IMG/VR virus record: IMGVR_UViG_3300031933_000215
Coordinates: 124,001-188,000 of that record
DNA: 64,000 bases
Direction: 5' to 3' (one strand)
Part shown: piece after piece, positions 22,122-31,175 of the stretch
Position numbering within the stretch: position 1 is the stretch's first letter
Layout of the letters: each line of letters starts with the position of its first letter
Position numbers and translations under genes: made by a program
Notes under the pieces: model-generated
The model's input: the letters and a program-made list of their open reading frames with translations, nothing else
The model's database searches: none
What the model was told of the DNA's origin: nothing

Positions 22122-22455
22122 CGTACTTCTCCTTTGTCTGGGCATTCATATCGACCCATTTTCGCAACTGCTTCATCTGACGATTGCAGTTACCAATGGC
22201 ATCCAATTCTTCGATGGTGTAATCCGTTAAGACCAGGAACCGAGCTTCCCAGATGTCAGTCACCCCAGGGAACTGGTCCCGTGGGTCACGCAACTCCTCC
22301 ATGGTGGGAGGTTTTGGGACGTAGCAGTCATTGGTCAGAGACGGCGGTGGCGCAAGAGGCGTCGGTGGGCTTGGCTCGACAGTAAGCGAGCTGCATGCTG
22401 TCAACCAGATGCTGGAGACCAGCAAGATCATCAGGCGGAGACTCTTGAGGCACAT
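22096..22455 (-). CDS. Outer-membrane spanin-like lipoprotein (Rz1-like)
   Basis: Signal peptide with lipobox LTAC, Pro-rich linker, C-terminal CN..M..LR; starts inside the upstream gene. Confidence 0.75.
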   Translation of the reverse strand: MCLKSLRLMILLVSSIWLTACSSLTVEPSPPTPLAPPPSLTNDCYVPKPPTMEELRDPRDQFPGVTDIWEARFLVLTDYTIEELDAIGNCNRQMKQLRKWVDMNAQTKEKYDERRRSLD

Positions 22456-22888
22456 GGTTTGTTTCCTTAACCGGGGTTGGTTTGGGGGTAGGTTTTGGCT
22501 CAACGGTAATCTCAGTTTCCGGTTCCGGTTGGGGTTCCGGCTTAGACTCGGGTTCTGGCTCGGGAGGTAATTTAACGTTCTTGAGTTTCAAGTAACGATC
22601 CAACACCTGCTCCCGTTGTTCGTACTGTTCCCGAATCGACGACACCTGGTCGTTCATGAACTCGTAGTTAATGGCCCGATCAATCTCGATGGTTTCTTCT
22701 AGTTGATCTTCGTTGTGCTGTCCTTGTTTCATCACCACTTTGGCTTCGGCCAGGTCTCCTTTTAGGGACCCGACCTGTTGATACAGGAAATAACACACAC
22801 CAATGGTAGTTAGTAACAGTCCGATGAACAACCATTCGAACCACTGCAAACCGATCTTACTGAACAGGCCTTTGATTACTGAAAACAT
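22328..22888 (-). CDS. Inner-membrane spanin-like protein (Rz-like)
   Basis: N-terminal TM helix, coiled coil, PE-rich linker, C-terminal Cys pair; overlaps the lipoprotein gene. Confidence 0.7.
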   Translation of the reverse strand: MFSVIKGLFSKIGLQWFEWLFIGLLLTTIGVCYFLYQQVGSLKGDLAEAKVVMKQGQHNEDQLEETIEIDRAINYEFMNDQVSSIREQYEQREQVLDRYLKLKNVKLPPEPEPESKPEPQPEPETEITVEPKPTPKPTPVKETNHVPQESPPDDLAGLQHLVDSMQLAYCRAKPTDASCATAVSDQ

Positions 22889-22898
22889 TGCACATTCC

Positions 22899-23462
22899 TT
22901 ATACCAGCACTAACATGTAGTACAGGGCAACTGCAATCGCATCCACACTGTGTTCGTCCAATGATTCCAAATCCACACCCCACGACAAGTCGGTCCTATC
23001 GCGCAACGCACGCCGAACCTCTTCCTTGTCAGACATAAACCCTTTGCGGACCCCCACGGTCTTCTTCACCGTGGTCGGGTCAACCTGGACCAATGGCATT
23101 GTGGGATCGTAGTTGAATAACGTTTGGCGGATATTCAACACACATTCCGTCAACGCCCCAAACGACTGAGCGAACTTGCCCATGAACGGGGATTCGGCAA
23201 CGACGGCGTGTGGTTGGACATTGTAGAAAATGGAGTGGAGTTCGTCGGCCTGTTGGTAAAACCGAGAGATACGACTGCCGTGAGTTTCGGTGATGGACTG
23301 GTATCCCAATAGCCGATCGTTGGCTTGCAGGGTGAACGCCATGTCGACGTGGAACTTCTGCGATACCATGTCCCAATGGACACCGGCGACTCCGAGAGTA
23401 ACGGTGCCGGGGTCAATCCCCAACACCTTCAGAGGCGTCGTGTTCGGTGGCATTACCAACAT
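22899..23462 (-). CDS. ruvC: Holliday junction resolvase, RuvC-like
   Basis: VLGIDPG, VVAESPF, P.TVKK.VG, EHSVDAIAVA catalytic motifs. Confidence 0.85.
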   Translation of the reverse strand: MLVMPPNTTPLKVLGIDPGTVTLGVAGVHWDMVSQKFHVDMAFTLQANDRLLGYQSITETHGSRISRFYQQADELHSIFYNVQPHAVVAESPFMGKFAQSFGALTECVLNIRQTLFNYDPTMPLVQVDPTTVKKTVGVRKGFMSDKEEVRRALRDRTDLSWGVDLESLDEHSVDAIAVALYYMLVLV

Positions 23463-23471
23463 AACGCCTCC

Positions 23472-24359
23472 TTACACAACCGATGCGCCATCGACGTCCT
23501 GTTCACCCAACGTGGGTTCAACACCACCAACATCCAGTGTGAACTCGGCACCGTTGGTTGAGTAACCCAGCGCGTGGTACGTGGATACGTGGACATTGAC
23601 TTGTGCGGCAATGACTTCGTTGTACGTGAAGTTGCCAGCACCGCCACTGCTGCCCGATACTTCCTTATCCACACCAGAGACCAGGGCCAGTTCAGAAATG
23701 ACCGGAGACCGAGTGGAACCGGTGCGAATCCGATGGGCATTCAGGATCTCTTCGATGTCCTTAGGCCCCAAGGCCACCGTCACTACCGCCGAAGCGGATT
23801 CGGACGAGTTCGAACCAACAACCATACCGGAATTCGGAACTTTGGGACGCTGTGGGTTGAGGTTGTCAGTGGTAGGTACAAACGGAGTGACGGTCGCGAC
23901 GCCGTCCACAATCTCAACGCGCTGCAGTTGCGCGTTCACCTGGGTCATGTCAATCCGACGCAGGTAGTAGGCGATGTACTGACGACCATTGTGGGATTCC
24001 TGTACCCGCAGGGCGTACCGACTACGTTCGTGGGCCGGGAGGTCGTCGTTCATTTCACGCAATACAAACGGAATCTGTCCGTACAGCGCAGCGTCGGTGG
24101 CGCGATGTACAATGGGGACTGTTTCGTCACTGCCGTCGTCGGCTTTCACCGTCGCGTGACCGAGGTTGCCAATGGCCAAGTACCGCATGCTTGGCACTTG
24201 ATGACTTTCAGGTGCCACGCCGGACTGTACATTGAACCGTTCATTCAGTGTTGTGTTGGGTACCAACTTGAACGGCAGGCCCAGATTTTTGATGGTTTGC
24301 AGAAAGGTACCATACACCGTTCGGGTGATACCAATGATTTCCTGATCGATAGCTGCCAT
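23472..24359 (-). CDS. Conserved phiKZ-like virion structural protein
   Basis: NTTLNE.F, YLAIGN.GH, H..TDAALY..IPFVLR...DDL, IAYYL, ISELALVSG.D motifs recalled from phiKZ-like virion proteins; start MAAIDQ. Confidence 0.65.
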   Translation of the reverse strand: MAAIDQEIIGITRTVYGTFLQTIKNLGLPFKLVPNTTLNERFNVQSGVAPESHQVPSMRYLAIGNLGHATVKADDGSDETVPIVHRATDAALYGQIPFVLREMNDDLPAHERSRYALRVQESHNGRQYIAYYLRRIDMTQVNAQLQRVEIVDGVATVTPFVPTTDNLNPQRPKVPNSGMVVGSNSSESASAVVTVALGPKDIEEILNAHRIRTGSTRSPVISELALVSGVDKEVSGSSGGAGNFTYNEVIAAQVNVHVSTYHALGYSTNGAEFTLDVGGVEPTLGEQDVDGASVV

Positions 24360-24522
24360 TGTCTTAAGACTCCGTAATAAGTGGTCGTTCACACACGATT
24401 ATACTACCTGGGTAGAACTACCCAGTGCGTGGGTGTGATGTGGAATACAGCGCCATGACGTCAAGAAACAAAAACAACGGACATACCGCTCATGTCATTC
24501 GCCTTTTCCTAAATGAGAATTG

Positions 24523-24792
24523 TCATAAGATATGGCATTGTAAGGACCGACTATGCGGAAATACTGGCGGATCAATGATCCGCCAGAGATCAGTCAAAGT
24601 GAACATCGCCGTCATCAATTCTTCATGGATTCGGTAGAGTTCGGGTGTTCCCCAGTATTTTAGAGGAAGATTGTTTTTGTCGTTGAGTTTATTGGACACG
24701 AGCAGACACTCAGTCACGGCTTGTTCCAAGTCACACTCACTGCTTAGGTCGTGGATTTCAATGTGCGTAGGTCATAAGGCTTCTTTGCTCAT
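24523..24792 (-). pseudogene. Probable pseudogene of a second 2OG-Fe(II) oxygenase
   Basis: ATG 24792 overlaps the upstream stop (ATGA) with GGAG RBS; MSKEAL*PTHIEIHDL...DLEQAVTECL aligns with EPWKTVIHKDHI...DIDVAIGEIF of 26072-26662; TGA at the Trp position; no catalytic half. Confidence 0.6.
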
Positions 24793-25208
24793 ATCTCTCC
24801 TAACTCCTCTTTACAATAGCCGATGATAACCGAGTACAGTACTGTTGCTTTGAAGGAAGTGGTCAGAACCGCCGGTATCAGAGTATCGTAGACGACCGCC
24901 GTTTCTTCGTTGTAAGGTGTGAAATGGTCGTCGTCGTGGAGTAGTTGCGGGTGAGATAAAACCGAATAAAAGTTATTGTCGTATTGTTTTGAAATATAAT
25001 CGGCGTAACAAATCGCCACGATGTAGCTCTTCGCCGGGAACTCCAACGCTTCGACGTCACCATTGATCATGTTCAACGCACTGACAATCACATTGGGGTT
25101 ATACGATCCCCCAAAGTAATCGGTTTTATTGCCTTCCCGATGAAAGCGTCTAAGACGGTCTAGCCAACCACCATTCAATGAGTGATTTGTACCCACTGCA
25201 TTCGCCAT
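24789..25208 (-). CDS. Hypothetical protein of the radical SAM cluster
   Basis: FPAKSYIVAICYA...FY.VL..P.LL.DD.HF.PY; overlaps upstream rSAM gene; start uncertain. Confidence 0.6.
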   Translation of the reverse strand: MANAVGTNHSLNGGWLDRLRRFHREGNKTDYFGGSYNPNVIVSALNMINGDVEALEFPAKSYIVAICYADYISKQYDNNFYSVLSHPQLLHDDDHFTPYNEETAVVYDTLIPAVLTTSFKATVLYSVIIGYCKEELGEI

Positions 25209-26049
25209 CCAATCCTTCCTTTCGTCGATAGTGTTCTGTCAAACATGTACCCTTAAACTCACACGAGCGACACACATCCGAAAGCAGGGTGTGTTTTTCT
25301 TTTTGGGTCCATTCAAGGTACGCATTGAAATCCGGGAGTTCCAGGAAAAACTCCCGATCGGCGTCGTCGAACTCCAAGACCCCAAAATTGCCATTTGGAG
25401 TGATGTAGACATGGTCGTCCGAGAACGCGTTACGGACACCGTCAGCGACGTCGTTCAATAATGCTGTGTTACGTAGCTGGCTGTTTGGAAAACCCATTAC
25501 CCAGCGTTTCACGTACTCTACAAAGGCATTGTTTGTATTACCTCGATCATTGGCCTGATTGGGACTGTAAGGTTTGATTTCCACCGAGTTCAAGTTCGCT
25601 AACGACCGGATCAATTCGATTTGCTGATCGACGTCACCGGCCATCACTTCCGGCGTGGCCAAAACAATGACGTTTATCGGACGTGAAAACACCAACATGT
25701 TTGTGAAAACTTGTTCATGGTGGGGCCGGTGGTCAAAGTCATACGAGACGTTGACGTCGATATCGTCGTCGTATAGCCATTCCGACATTTGGTAGAAATT
25801 GGTGGTTATGGAAATGGGACCATCGTAATATCGCCGAACGACCCCCTTTAGATCATGGACGTACGTCTGATCCAACAGGGTCACTTCACCACCATAAATC
25901 TCAACGGCTTCAATTTCGGGGAGTTCCGAGAGACGATGGTCCAGGTGTGTCAAATCCAACACGCGTCGAGACCGGAGCTGGTCTTCGGTTAAATAACAGT
26001 TCGCACATCGGAAATTACATCGGTACAAAGGGTTTATCGATACGATCAT
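25150..26049 (-). CDS. Radical SAM protein with Cys-rich C-terminus
   Basis: CNFRCANC (CX3CX2C), YGGE, ITTN; C-terminal CRSCEFKGTC...C. Confidence 0.9.
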   Translation of the reverse strand: MIVSINPLYRCNFRCANCYLTEDQLRSRRVLDLTHLDHRLSELPEIEAVEIYGGEVTLLDQTYVHDLKGVVRRYYDGPISITTNFYQMSEWLYDDDIDVNVSYDFDHRPHHEQVFTNMLVFSRPINVIVLATPEVMAGDVDQQIELIRSLANLNSVEIKPYSPNQANDRGNTNNAFVEYVKRWVMGFPNSQLRNTALLNDVADGVRNAFSDDHVYITPNGNFGVLEFDDADREFFLELPDFNAYLEWTQKEKHTLLSDVCRSCEFKGTCLTEHYRRKEGLDGECSGYKSLIEWWLARPS

Positions 26050-26071
26050 TTAACACCCCATGATAGAGAGG

Positions 26072-26662
26072 TTAGTAACCTGTGGGGTGACCAAAGAACA
26101 GATCGCATGCTATCGACATACGCATAACCCCAGGACTGGGTTTTACGTAGTGTCCCAGATAACTTGGGAACACGTAAACCGTATCGGCTTCGGGCGTTAT
26201 TTGGTAGTTGGCAAAGTGGTTTTTCGTTATGTCCCACTCATAACCACGACCGGCACAACCACGTGGGTCGACGAGAACCAGATTCCCTGGATTGGGAATC
26301 AGATAGAAAACAGCACTCACTTGAGCCCCGTTATGCACGTGCAGATCAAGACCGTCATTATTCTGACTATAAATACACCACATGCTGGTTCTATAGTCTT
26401 TGTCGTTCAGCGTAATGCCGAACTCTTCTTGAACGTAACGGAGCAATGCGGGTAGTATAACGTCGTCGTGCAGTTTGCTCAACGTAGGCCGTTCGGCGGG
26501 GTCGTATAAGTCAACCCTACTACCATACGCATTGTTATTGCTGTCCTCGTTGATCCCCATGGAAAATATCTCGCCGATGGCGACGTCTATATCCACATCG
26601 TGATCCTCGATGTGGTCTTTGTGGATCACGGTTTTCCAAGGTTCTATGCGCTCGTATGCCAT
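26072..26662 (-). CDS. 2OG-Fe(II) oxygenase (TIGR02466-like)
   Basis: HVH, SAVFYL, L.LVDPR, VFPSYLGHYV.P, RMSIA motifs. Confidence 0.8.
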   Translation of the reverse strand: MAYERIEPWKTVIHKDHIEDHDVDIDVAIGEIFSMGINEDSNNNAYGSRVDLYDPAERPTLSKLHDDVILPALLRYVQEEFGITLNDKDYRTSMWCIYSQNNDGLDLHVHNGAQVSAVFYLIPNPGNLVLVDPRGCAGRGYEWDITKNHFANYQITPEADTVYVFPSYLGHYVKPSPGVMRMSIACDLFFGHPTGY

Positions 26663-26671
26663 TGTCGTCCC

Positions 26672-27364
26672 CTATGGGTTTTTGAACGTGGGGTCGCCTG
26701 GAAGTAGGTACTGTTTTATTTTGATCACTTCCAACGTGGATGCATCAAACAGACAACCAAACGCCCGTTTCTTTCGTGTGGTATCACCGTCATTCGGTGG
26801 CGCAACATTAAAAAAGGTACCTATTTCCTTCCCAGTCAGGTCGGTGTAAAAATAGATGTCCCGGAAACGAAGTAATCGTTCATCGTTTAAATGTAAACCT
26901 ACACCGAAATAGTCGATTGGTACACACCCAGGCGGTAGCCGTGGGTATTGATGTCGTGCGATGTTGAGGTCGTACACCTTTAATGCTTTTTGTTGCGTCT
27001 CCAATTGTAGCTTTAACGTGTAGGACGTACCTTGAACAAAACCCTCGGGTAGCTCACAATCAAACAATGGGGCGACCTGAGCAACGTCACACCGACGGTA
27101 CGATATCGAAATAGTGTCTTCGGGGTAGTTGGTATTGTTTTTGCGGGTAAGGCCGATCAACTCCCAATTCTTCAATTCCGGCCACGGACTGGCTAAGATT
27201 TCAGGACTGTGTTCGATAGCCATATTGAACAAGGGTAGTACCGGTTCTGATAACACGGGGAAGTTGGGACGGTAGGTATTCTCGGACAACCCATTGGAAT
27301 CAAGGGTGATTTCCTTTGCAGTCGGGTCGACCCCATCGATGTTAGTCAAAGAAACATTAGACAT
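26672..27364 (-). CDS. Hypothetical protein of the radical SAM cluster
   Basis: 230-aa ORF overlapping the upstream rSAM stop; GAGG RBS. Confidence 0.6.
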   Translation of the reverse strand: MSNVSLTNIDGVDPTAKEITLDSNGLSENTYRPNFPVLSEPVLPLFNMAIEHSPEILASPWPELKNWELIGLTRKNNTNYPEDTISISYRRCDVAQVAPLFDCELPEGFVQGTSYTLKLQLETQQKALKVYDLNIARHQYPRLPPGCVPIDYFGVGLHLNDERLLRFRDIYFYTDLTGKEIGTFFNVAPPNDGDTTRKKRAFGCLFDASTLEVIKIKQYLLPGDPTFKNP

Positions 27365-28391
27365 TTCTTACCTCAATCAAATCGACAATACCAACTTCAC
27401 TAGCTTGATTCAGTTCCGCTTCCAACGCTTTCATCTTACTGCAATGTTCGTCAACCCGACAACTTTCCTGTGTATCCATGATCGTTTTCCGACATCCGTT
27501 ACACAAACTGAAGAGTGAACATCCCCAACAGTCGTCATGCATGGACAGGTATAACATCGAATCCTGAAGAGGTGTGGTGATTGCGTCACTGGCCATCTCA
27601 TTTTCAAAATCAATCGGAAACATGTCATCGTCACCAAATGCACCACAACTGTAATACGACCCGTCGGGATGTAGGTTACGAATTCCTTTATCGCAGTCAC
27701 GACTTATGGGACATGTCGTCTTAAGTCCGCCCAAGGAACGTATGAACTGCTGTGTGTTGTATTCCCATGGAGTCAACCCCGCCTTATGTATTTCGAGGTA
27801 TTTGGCGTAAATGTCCCCCATCAAATAAGAAATACTTTGACGCCCGCTGGCGAATGCCCAATTAAGCTTACACACTACGCCCATTTTTTTGGCCAGTCTG
27901 ACATTATCCAAGGCGCGTTGAACGTTACTCTCGTCTATCACTGAGATGAAATCTGGACGGTACCCGACCCGCTCTAAGAACAGGTCACTGACTGCCCAAA
28001 AGTCCTCTTCTAAAAACACCCGTGTACGAGTAATTAATCGACTGTCACCGTAATGGAAGGACGTCCCCACCCCGATTTGTGGGTGGCGAAACAGCTCAGT
28101 CCATTTGTCGGGCCGCTTATAAAAGTCCCACAAGTTGGTCGTGAAGCTGACAATGGTTTCGGTCATGCCGCGTTCTTCCAACAGCTTGAGGATATCCCAA
28201 TAATAGTCGGGCCTGAGCATCAACGGATCACCACCGTTAACAATGATCGTTTGGGTGTTCGGAAACCGATCCAGAAAGCGAGCAATATAGTCCAGATTGA
28301 GAACGTCTTTCTTATCGTCGGTTATGTTGGTGGAGCTGCAGAACGTGCAGGCGAAGTTACAAAGTTCCGTTGGTTTGATGATCAGATCCAC
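27357..28391 (-). CDS. Radical SAM/SPASM-domain protein
   Basis: IIKPTELCNFACTFC, NGGDPL, FTTNL; SPASM-like C...C...YSCG...CWGCSLFSLCNGC...HC; GTG start with AGGAG RBS. Confidence 0.9.
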   Translation of the reverse strand: MDLIIKPTELCNFACTFCSSTNITDDKKDVLNLDYIARFLDRFPNTQTIIVNGGDPLMLRPDYYWDILKLLEERGMTETIVSFTTNLWDFYKRPDKWTELFRHPQIGVGTSFHYGDSRLITRTRVFLEEDFWAVSDLFLERVGYRPDFISVIDESNVQRALDNVRLAKKMGVVCKLNWAFASGRQSISYLMGDIYAKYLEIHKAGLTPWEYNTQQFIRSLGGLKTTCPISRDCDKGIRNLHPDGSYYSCGAFGDDDMFPIDFENEMASDAITTPLQDSMLYLSMHDDCWGCSLFSLCNGCRKTIMDTQESCRVDEHCSKMKALEAELNQASEVGIVDLIEVRNV

Positions 28392-28460
28392 GGGTAAACT
28401 CCTGTTCGGTATTGGATGACTATATAGTTAGACGTCGGCGTTGAAAACAACCACACACAG

Positions 28461-28495
28461 CATAAAACCACGGCCTCAGGTACCGTGGTTTTATG
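28461..28495 (-). terminator. Rho-independent terminator inside the radical SAM cluster
   Basis: CATAAAACCACGG...CCGTGGTTTTATG 13-bp perfect stem directly after the stop at 28496. Confidence 0.75.
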
Positions 28496-29479
28496 TCACC
28501 ATTGGTTTACTTTGGCGATTGTTTCCTTCGGTAAAACACACTCGGTGATTCCATAATCTTCCATGATTGACAACACGCGATGGTCCAGACACGTCGGCAG
28601 AAACGGACACTCGCCACACTCTTTCGTTTTGGTGGTGTAAGCGTACTGTTCTAAGATGACGGCGTCGTACTTCTTACGATAGTCCTCTACCCCGTCAACC
28701 CGGTACCGGTCACGGATTTGTATCAAATCTTCGTAAACGATGGGGATGGCGTAAAACTCATTCTCATAAAAAATGATTACGCGTTCTAGTTTGTCGTGCG
28801 GACTCACCACATCGACGTGTTGGTCGACCATACAGCCGTCGTTAGTCGCCTGAGTGGTGACGGTCACAGATTTTAACCAGTTAAACGCGCGCCGGTACTG
28901 TTCTGGATCGTTACTGGTTCGAGCAAACGACAGATTAAAGTCCACACCTTGACCGTACTGTCTGAGGTAAAAGTTGTTCAACGTTTCGTAGTTATCGACT
29001 ACCAACGACTGACTCAAATTCAACTGTGGGTGCAGGTACAGGTTCGGGAACCGGGCTTTGACGTCCCGAACCTTCTCGGCAATGACCGCATTGTAGCGTT
29101 CGTTCAGGTTCTTCGATTCCGGAATGACCACGTTGATCTGAAGTTCCTTCATACCAAGACGATCAAGGGCGTTCAATACCTGTAAGTCGGGTTTCACCAT
29201 GGTGGAGTTGACAACCAGTCGATCAAACCTTTTGATTAATTCAGTCAACCGAATGTCATTCAGGATCTCCATCGTGTTGGTGGCGGTGAAGATATCGGTA
29301 CTACCCAAAACGACCGCATATGGGTCGAGGTGTTCTAGGAACTCATAGGCCACGCGGTACATCTTATCCGTAGCTTTATTGGGGGAATCACGATCAACAT
29401 GGCAACCCGCGCAATTGAATGCACAACCCGCTAAGATCTCCAACTGCAGTTCGAATGAGTTGAATTTTTCGATGTTCAC
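28496..29479 (-). CDS. Divergent radical SAM protein
   Basis: CAFNCAGC motif; C-terminal CGECPFLPTC...C; lacks the canonical GGE. Confidence 0.8.
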   Translation of the reverse strand: MNIEKFNSFELQLEILAGCAFNCAGCHVDRDSPNKATDKMYRVAYEFLEHLDPYAVVLGSTDIFTATNTMEILNDIRLTELIKRFDRLVVNSTMVKPDLQVLNALDRLGMKELQINVVIPESKNLNERYNAVIAEKVRDVKARFPNLYLHPQLNLSQSLVVDNYETLNNFYLRQYGQGVDFNLSFARTSNDPEQYRRAFNWLKSVTVTTQATNDGCMVDQHVDVVSPHDKLERVIIFYENEFYAIPIVYEDLIQIRDRYRVDGVEDYRKKYDAVILEQYAYTTKTKECGECPFLPTCLDHRVLSIMEDYGITECVLPKETIAKVNQW

Positions 29480-30480
29480 GAAATCACTCCATAGAGTCGT
29501 TTAAACTCACAATGTTTGTTTGTGATGTTCACGTGGTCACTGTGTAGAAAACAACCCAACCCGCAACGCTGATAAAACTCACAACTCAGGCACTCGCGTT
29601 CTTGAATGAACCGGACCTCGGACTCATGGATGTTGTCAACAACAGTCGGGTCCGATTTGAACTGGTCCCGATCGGCCAAAATCCGACAAGAGCCCGTATG
29701 TCCTGTCGGAAGAATGATGAACGAACTCCGACAGGTCGCTGTGTTGTGGTGATTCTCACGAAACCCTTTGACTGGTTGACATTCCGGATAGTGTTTATCC
29801 AACCACAGGAAAAAGTCAACCAGTTCAACATCACTGGGCTGTAAAATTTCAGCGTTATCTTCGGGTGAATAATAGTCAAAGAAAATCGGGTAGTCCTGGT
29901 AAAGTCGATCAAACACGACGTTGGAACCACGCATGAATCGTTCAATGTTAGGTCGGGTCAACACCACGGAAATGTTTGACAGCCAGGGTTTGAACTTGGC
30001 CAGGTTTTCCTCAAACAGTTTAAGCGTCTGAGAGTTAAACCGACCCGCAGCATCGTAAGACGTGCAAAAGGTGAACGGAATCAGCAGTTCTTCCAATGTC
30101 TTGATGAACCGCATCACCCGCTCGGCCTTCTCGAACACTAAGTTGGTCACGAAATTGATTTCACAGTGTTTAACTGATGTCACTACCCGATGACAGAACT
30201 CTACATAGTCGTCGAATACTCGATCGGGGAGTTCGTCCATGAACAACTCCCCACCCATGACGTTCACACTGTAAAAATCGTGATCGTTGGTGTTATTAAT
30301 GACAACGCTTGCTTTCTCAACAATCTCATCAACACCAGTCCAGTCGCTGTGGTCCTGCCAACAAAACCCACAGCTAAGGTTGCAGCGCTCAAAGAAGTTG
30401 ATGAAAAATTCTTTATTCTGTCCCCGCTTTGCTTCCACTATCTCCACCAGCGGTATCAGGTCCGGGTTGTTCGTGGCCAT
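29476..30480 (-). CDS. Radical SAM/SPASM-like protein
   Basis: CNLSCGFC, MGGE, FVTNL, TSYD; C-terminal C...C...CLSCEFYQRCGLGC...C. Confidence 0.9.
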   Translation of the reverse strand: MATNNPDLIPLVEIVEAKRGQNKEFFINFFERCNLSCGFCWQDHSDWTGVDEIVEKASVVINNTNDHDFYSVNVMGGELFMDELPDRVFDDYVEFCHRVVTSVKHCEINFVTNLVFEKAERVMRFIKTLEELLIPFTFCTSYDAAGRFNSQTLKLFEENLAKFKPWLSNISVVLTRPNIERFMRGSNVVFDRLYQDYPIFFDYYSPEDNAEILQPSDVELVDFFLWLDKHYPECQPVKGFRENHHNTATCRSSFIILPTGHTGSCRILADRDQFKSDPTVVDNIHESEVRFIQERECLSCEFYQRCGLGCFLHSDHVNITNKHCEFKRLYGVIS

Positions 30481-31165
30481 TGAGTATCTCCAAAGCGTAT
30501 TTGTTTAAAAGCAACCAGTTGGGGTTTTCTTTATCCCCAACGAAGAAGTGAAACAGGTTCTTTCCGTTGAACATGTATTCTTCAAACTGGACAGGGAAAT
30601 AAAACTGCCGGTAGTCCACCGCATCTCGGATAGAGAAAAACAACTCGAAGAACGAAGGAATCTCAAACAGCCAGACAACGTTAACACCGATATATTTCGG
30701 GTCGTTAATAACACCGTCATATCCCCGGAGATCTGGGTCTTTGTCATCGTCTATTGCTTTGATGTAGTCACAGTACTTGACCATCGAAGAGCAGAACAAG
30801 AAATACCGGGCCAGCAGGTCGGAGTGTTCTTCAACAAATTCATCTAAGAATCCATCTGGGGTTTCGAATGTAGCGATCCCAGAGGTGTCCCCCTCCATGA
30901 AATGGATCAGTACCAACAACACAAGAACGTTGAGTTCTTCACACTTAAAGAGTGTGTTGATTTCCATGTAAACACTGAGTAATTCTGAGAGTTCTTCTTT
31001 TGACAACGTCTCCACGTTGATCCGTGTTTTGACGTTCAGGTTTGCCAGGTAAAACACAAAGGGTTTCCCCTTTATTTTCGAATTACTGTAATCGACAGTA
31101 TACACTTTGTCGTTTTCGGCAATGACGTTGTGTAGGTCACTGATGGGGAGTGGTACGGTAATCAT
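30413..31165 (-). CDS. Hypothetical protein of the radical SAM cluster
   Basis: 250-aa ORF, GAGG RBS, overlaps next rSAM gene. Confidence 0.6.
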   Translation of the reverse strand: MITVPLPISDLHNVIAENDKVYTVDYSNSKIKGKPFVFYLANLNVKTRINVETLSKEELSELLSVYMEINTLFKCEELNVLVLLVLIHFMEGDTSGIATFETPDGFLDEFVEEHSDLLARYFLFCSSMVKYCDYIKAIDDDKDPDLRGYDGVINDPKYIGVNVVWLFEIPSFFELFFSIRDAVDYRQFYFPVQFEEYMFNGKNLFHFFVGDKENPNWLLLNKYALEILNGHEQPGPDTAGGDSGSKAGTE

Positions 31166-31175
31166 GACGTTTGCC

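Noticed and set aside
24772-24774. TGA recoded as Trp or selenocysteine
   Set aside because: TGA is a normal stop in many coupled genes here, and read-through still gives a truncated protein
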